DNA from: Candidatus Binataceae bacterium
Lineage (GTDB): Bacteria > Desulfobacterota > Binatia > Binatales > Binataceae
Assembly (NCBI GenBank): GCA_035541875.1
Contig: DATKML010000034.1
Location: forward strand, 56,367 to 120,366
Direction of reading: 5' to 3'
Length of the DNA: 64,000 nucleotides
Below the pieces are notes generated by a model. The model did no database searches. It was not told the DNA's origin and saw nothing but the letters and a program-made list of their open reading frames with translations. Both the position numbers and the translations under genes were made by a program. Positions 60,866-64,000 of the stretch are shown one piece after another (position 1 is the stretch's first letter; each line of letters begins with the position of its first letter).

Positions 60866-62038
60866 TCAGCTTGCCGTTGCCATCATCGCCATCGCGATTC
60901 GCGCAATCGTTCCCGTCAGTCGCCGTCTTCGCGAGAGATAATGAATCACTCGTCGTCGCGTACCGGGGCGCCTGGCGAGAAACAGCATTGCCTTGGTCGC
61001 TATGGCATAACCACGGAATAAACGGTGAGCTTCGCGCTCGTACGGCTCAAGACTTTTCTCGCTGCTGTTGGCCTGAAGCAATGCCGAAAGATGGCGACCC
61101 AAGATAAGCGCCGAATTGAACGCGATCGAAAGCCCATCGCCCGCAATCGAATCAACAAAGCCAGCCGCGTCGCCGATTAGAACGAAGCGTTCCGCAACGC
61201 GGCGACTGACGCCGCAAGCCATCGGTCCAGCGCCTTTCGGCATCGATATTGGCTCAGCGTCCTGGAGCCGCGTATTAAGCAGCGGAAAGCGTGTAAGCAA
61301 AGTGGGAATCGTCGGCCGGTAGAACGCGCCATCCTGCCATGTGAAGTTGACCGAGACTGTGTCCGCAGTGACCGGCGTGACTACGGCTTCGCCAAACGCG
61401 TCGACGTAAACCTCAACGGACTCAGACCATGGCGTGGTCAAAAAATGCTGTCGGAGTGCAAAGCGCCGTGGAAGCGAGCTGACACAGTGCAAACCAGCAC
61501 CACGCCGGAAGAGCGAATGAAGACCGTCAGCAGCAACGACGAGGCTTGCGTGCACAGCGGGGCCAGCTGTTCGTAGTATCGCACCGTCCTTTTCGACTTT
61601 AATGTTGGTGACATTGGTCGCGTAACGGACGGCCACTCCAAGCTGCTGAGCTCGCTGCGTCAGCGCTTTCAGCAGGGTTGTGCGCCGGATTCCCAAGCCG
61701 CCTCCTTGAGGGAGGGGAACTTCGACAGACGAACCATCTTCCTGGAAAAAGTGGATGCCCCTGAAGGATCGGACCTCGGTGTCGTCGAGATGCGCCAACA
61801 CCCCCAAGCGCCGTAAAGCTTCGACACCCGGAGGCAGGACGCCCTCGCCACACGCCTTGTCAGCGGCGAACCCACGCCGCTCCAAAACTATAACGCTCCG
61901 CCCCGCCGCGGCCGCGACGATTGCCGTGGCCAGGCCCGCGGGACCGCCACCAATGACGGCAATGTCGTAACGAGATCGATCGGTCGATAGGTCGCCCTGA
62001 TCTAATCGCGCGTCCGCCGTTATTGGGTGGATTACCAT
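60866..62038 (-). CDS. FAD-dependent oxidoreductase / flavoprotein monooxygenase (geranylgeranyl-reductase-like fold).
   Basis: The motifs are YDIAVIGGGPAGLATA (GxGxxG) and GDAAGFVD. There is a 7-nt overlap with the upstream type III PKS stop. Confidence 0.8.
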   Translation of the reverse strand: MVIHPITADARLDQGDLSTDRSRYDIAVIGGGPAGLATAIVAAAAGRSVIVLERRGFAADKACGEGVLPPGVEALRRLGVLAHLDDTEVRSFRGIHFFQEDGSSVEVPLPQGGGLGIRRTTLLKALTQRAQQLGVAVRYATNVTNIKVEKDGAILRTAGPAVHASLVVAADGLHSLFRRGAGLHCVSSLPRRFALRQHFLTTPWSESVEVYVDAFGEAVVTPVTADTVSVNFTWQDGAFYRPTIPTLLTRFPLLNTRLQDAEPISMPKGAGPMACGVSRRVAERFVLIGDAAGFVDSIAGDGLSIAFNSALILGRHLSALLQANSSEKSLEPYEREAHRLFRGYAIATKAMLFLARRPGTRRRVIHYLSRRRRLTGTIARIAMAMMATAS

Positions 62039-63120
62039 TGCAACAGCAGCAACTCGCCGCAGAACCCGGGACCCATCGAGAGGAGCAGGCCATACTCACC
62101 GGAACGCGGTTTGGCTGATTGCATGAAGTCCTCGGCTACGAAGAGCACCGATGCCGACGACAGGTTTCCGATAGCTGCCAGGGACTTCCAAGATCCGGCG
62201 AGGCTGCATCGAGGTAGCTCAAGTGCCTCCTGCATCGCCTGCAAGACCTTGGGGCCCCCAGTGTGCGCAATCCAATGTTTAATCGACTCGCGTGAGAGTT
62301 TGTTTTGTGCAAGAAACTCGTCGGCGACTACACGCAGATTGGTTCGGATTAAGTGGGGAACACCGGGGGCAAGAACGATCTCGAAACCGGTTTCGCGCAT
62401 CCGCCAACCCATCATCTCTTCGGTGTCGGGAAAAAAGACTGACTGCGAACTGACAATCCGTGGGCATCGTGGTCCGGCTGGATTACGCCCGCCGGTTACG
62501 ATCGCAGCTGCAGCCCCGTCAGCAAACAGTCCTGAGGCAATCAGGTTGGCGGTCGATCGATCTTTGAGTTGCAGCGTCAGAGAGCAGAGTTCGACACTGA
62601 CCAAAAGAGCGACCTGATCGGGAAACGCGCGAACATAATCTGCTGCGCGTGCGAGACCAGCAGCTCCGCCTACACAGCCGAGGCCAAAGAGGGGCGTCCG
62701 CTTTATATCGGTGCGCATCCCAAGGCGATTGATCAATTTGGCGTCGATACTCGGTGAGGCGATCCCGGTGACCGTCGTGAAAAAAATATGGTCGATATCT
62801 GCAGGAGCCATTCCGCCCGCGCTTAATGCGTTGCGCACAGCCGCCTCGCCCAGTTCCGCAGCTCGTTCGATCCAACGATCATTGGCCTTACCGAACGAAT
62901 CAATCGCGCGATATTCCTCGATAGGAAGTGCCAAGTGACGCCCTCGAACACCAACGGACTTGTGCAGTCGTTCAAACCGAGTGCGATCCCGGACAGAGCC
63001 GCCCCATTCGTTCCATAGAGCCGATGATAGGACTTCTTGCGAATAATAATTTGCAGGTAGCGCAGTGCCGATCGCGGTTAGCGCCGGTATATTTCCTTCC
63101 GTCTTAGCGAAACCAAGCAT
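62032..63120 (-). CDS. Type III polyketide synthase (chalcone/stilbene synthase superfamily).
   Basis: The active-site Cys lies in LFGLGCVGGAAGL. Downstream His/Asn regions are present (WIAHTGGPKVL, GNLSSASV). The protein is 362 aa. Confidence 0.85.
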   Translation of the reverse strand: MLGFAKTEGNIPALTAIGTALPANYYSQEVLSSALWNEWGGSVRDRTRFERLHKSVGVRGRHLALPIEEYRAIDSFGKANDRWIERAAELGEAAVRNALSAGGMAPADIDHIFFTTVTGIASPSIDAKLINRLGMRTDIKRTPLFGLGCVGGAAGLARAADYVRAFPDQVALLVSVELCSLTLQLKDRSTANLIASGLFADGAAAAIVTGGRNPAGPRCPRIVSSQSVFFPDTEEMMGWRMRETGFEIVLAPGVPHLIRTNLRVVADEFLAQNKLSRESIKHWIAHTGGPKVLQAMQEALELPRCSLAGSWKSLAAIGNLSSASVLFVAEDFMQSAKPRSGEYGLLLSMGPGFCGELLLLQW

Positions 63121-63387
63121 TGAGATCCCTTCATGTCGCCGTGCGCGCCGATCAAAACCAAGGGTGACGCAAGCGAACTGTAACGGTTGGACAAGATTTG
63201 TGCCTTTTCGATTTAGCGAATCGTAATATGACGGAACGACAAGGCGCCGCTCATAGACGACAAGCCAATGCGAAGGGATTCAAAAATTTGAATGATAGGC
63301 ATCTATGACGTACAAGTATTTGAACAATTTTTTTTGCTGCCGATCGAAGCGCACTCAGTAAGCTTCGTCAGAGTTTTATCAGCAAGA

Positions 63388-64000
63388 TGAGCGCCTCAAT
63401 TCCAACGACCCCAATGTTTCTCGAAGGGACGGGTGGCCTTCGGTTTTTCCGGGCACAGGAGCGTGATTTCGCGACTCTCAACCTGATGCTTATCGCGGCA
63501 GTTCTGGTAATGCAGATCCTTTCGCGAATCGAGCAAGGAAAGCCGACGACATCGCATATATTAGTGTTGAGCGTCGGGCTCTTTGCGCAAACGGCACAAT
63601 TGTTTTGGCTCGCGAACGAAGGTCCCGAGTTGTCGCCAGCCAAGCGCCGCTTTCTACCTTTCTGGATCATCGGGCTGAACTCCGCCCTCGCACTGACGCT
63701 GAGTTCACTCGAAATCGGTGGTGACACCGCCTATTACGCTCTGATGCTTCTGCCAATCCTCGAGTCTGCCTTCAGGCTAACGTTGGCCTGGACAGCAGCA
63801 GTGGTCGCGCTCGCAGACCTTATCTGCTTCACGGGAGCCTATGGCCTGAAGTTCGATGAATACCTGGAGGCGAGCGCCTCGACGATAGTATTCACCGTCA
63901 TGGGAGTACTGGTTTGGTTGCTAGTGGATGGTCTCCGCAAAGGCGAAGCCGGTTTCATCAGCAACTTGAAGGAGCTTGAACGCGCCAGAGAACGGCTGCT
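63388..64000 (+). CDS. Membrane sensor protein (probable sensor histidine kinase N-terminus); the 3-prime end runs off the window edge.
   Basis: The frame is open from ATG 63388 to the window edge, with at least 5 hydrophobic helices followed by a coiled-coil linker (LKELERARERL). It is divergent from the PKS operon. The listed minus ORF 63368..63727 is the antisense image. Confidence 0.45.

Noticed and set aside
63368-63727. 119-aa minus-strand ORF
   Set aside because: It is antisense to the plus-strand membrane sensor ORF, which is open to the window end with a coherent TM architecture.

Overview
This is a high-GC bacterial chromosomal segment. Gene content and a dispersed CHPE-type miniature repeat suggest Acidobacteriota or a related soil lineage; this is inferred, not proven.

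Most of the window is conserved housekeeping DNA:
- ftsY (partial), a Tat-signal phosphoesterase/phospholipase C family gene, and smc.
- The minus-strand block tmk-holB-yaaT(PSP1)-metG-tatD, flanked by an HNH endonuclease, pilD, yjbQ, mutM, rsmA and tsaD.
- The plus-strand block rimP-nusA-ylxR-infB-DUF503-rbfA-truB, followed by ptsP (EI-Ntr).
- A CIRCE-controlled groES-groEL pair.
- glpX, an archaeal-type phosphoglycerate mutase homolog, thrC, hom, an alaC-like aminotransferase, an MFS transporter, a UbiB/ABC1 kinase and suhB.

The accessory content is concentrated in several places.
1. A tRNA-Arg(CCG) is abutted by a frameshifted, N-terminally truncated tyrosine integrase and an XRE regulator. 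A roughly 12.5-kb block follows (about 45.4-57.9 kb) that encodes a GAF-LuxR regulator, two lipoproteins, an arylsulfatase, a secreted HAD hydrolase, a CarbopepD_reg plus NHL beta-propeller protein, an outer-membrane beta-barrel protein, a secreted protein and an ion-channel-like protein. It ends at a truncated DevC/FtsX permease fragment, which makes it a probable decayed genomic island.
2. A five-gene minus-strand operon pairs a type III polyketide synthase with a flavin oxidoreductase, a CxxCH haem-binding lipoprotein, a class III aminotransferase and YceI. A sensor kinase is divergently transcribed from it.
3. A transmembrane-anchored B12-type radical SAM enzyme is followed by a small-TM / DUF507 / DUF507 / membrane-protein operon.
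4. An orphan Flp pilin sits behind roughly 730 bp of AT-rich noncoding DNA.
5. A lower-GC gene encodes a secreted His/Trp-rich protein.

Three copies of an approximately 60-bp miniature repeat (TGTCATCCTGAGC ... AAGGATCT type) sit at gene boundaries. I found no CRISPR array and no rRNA.
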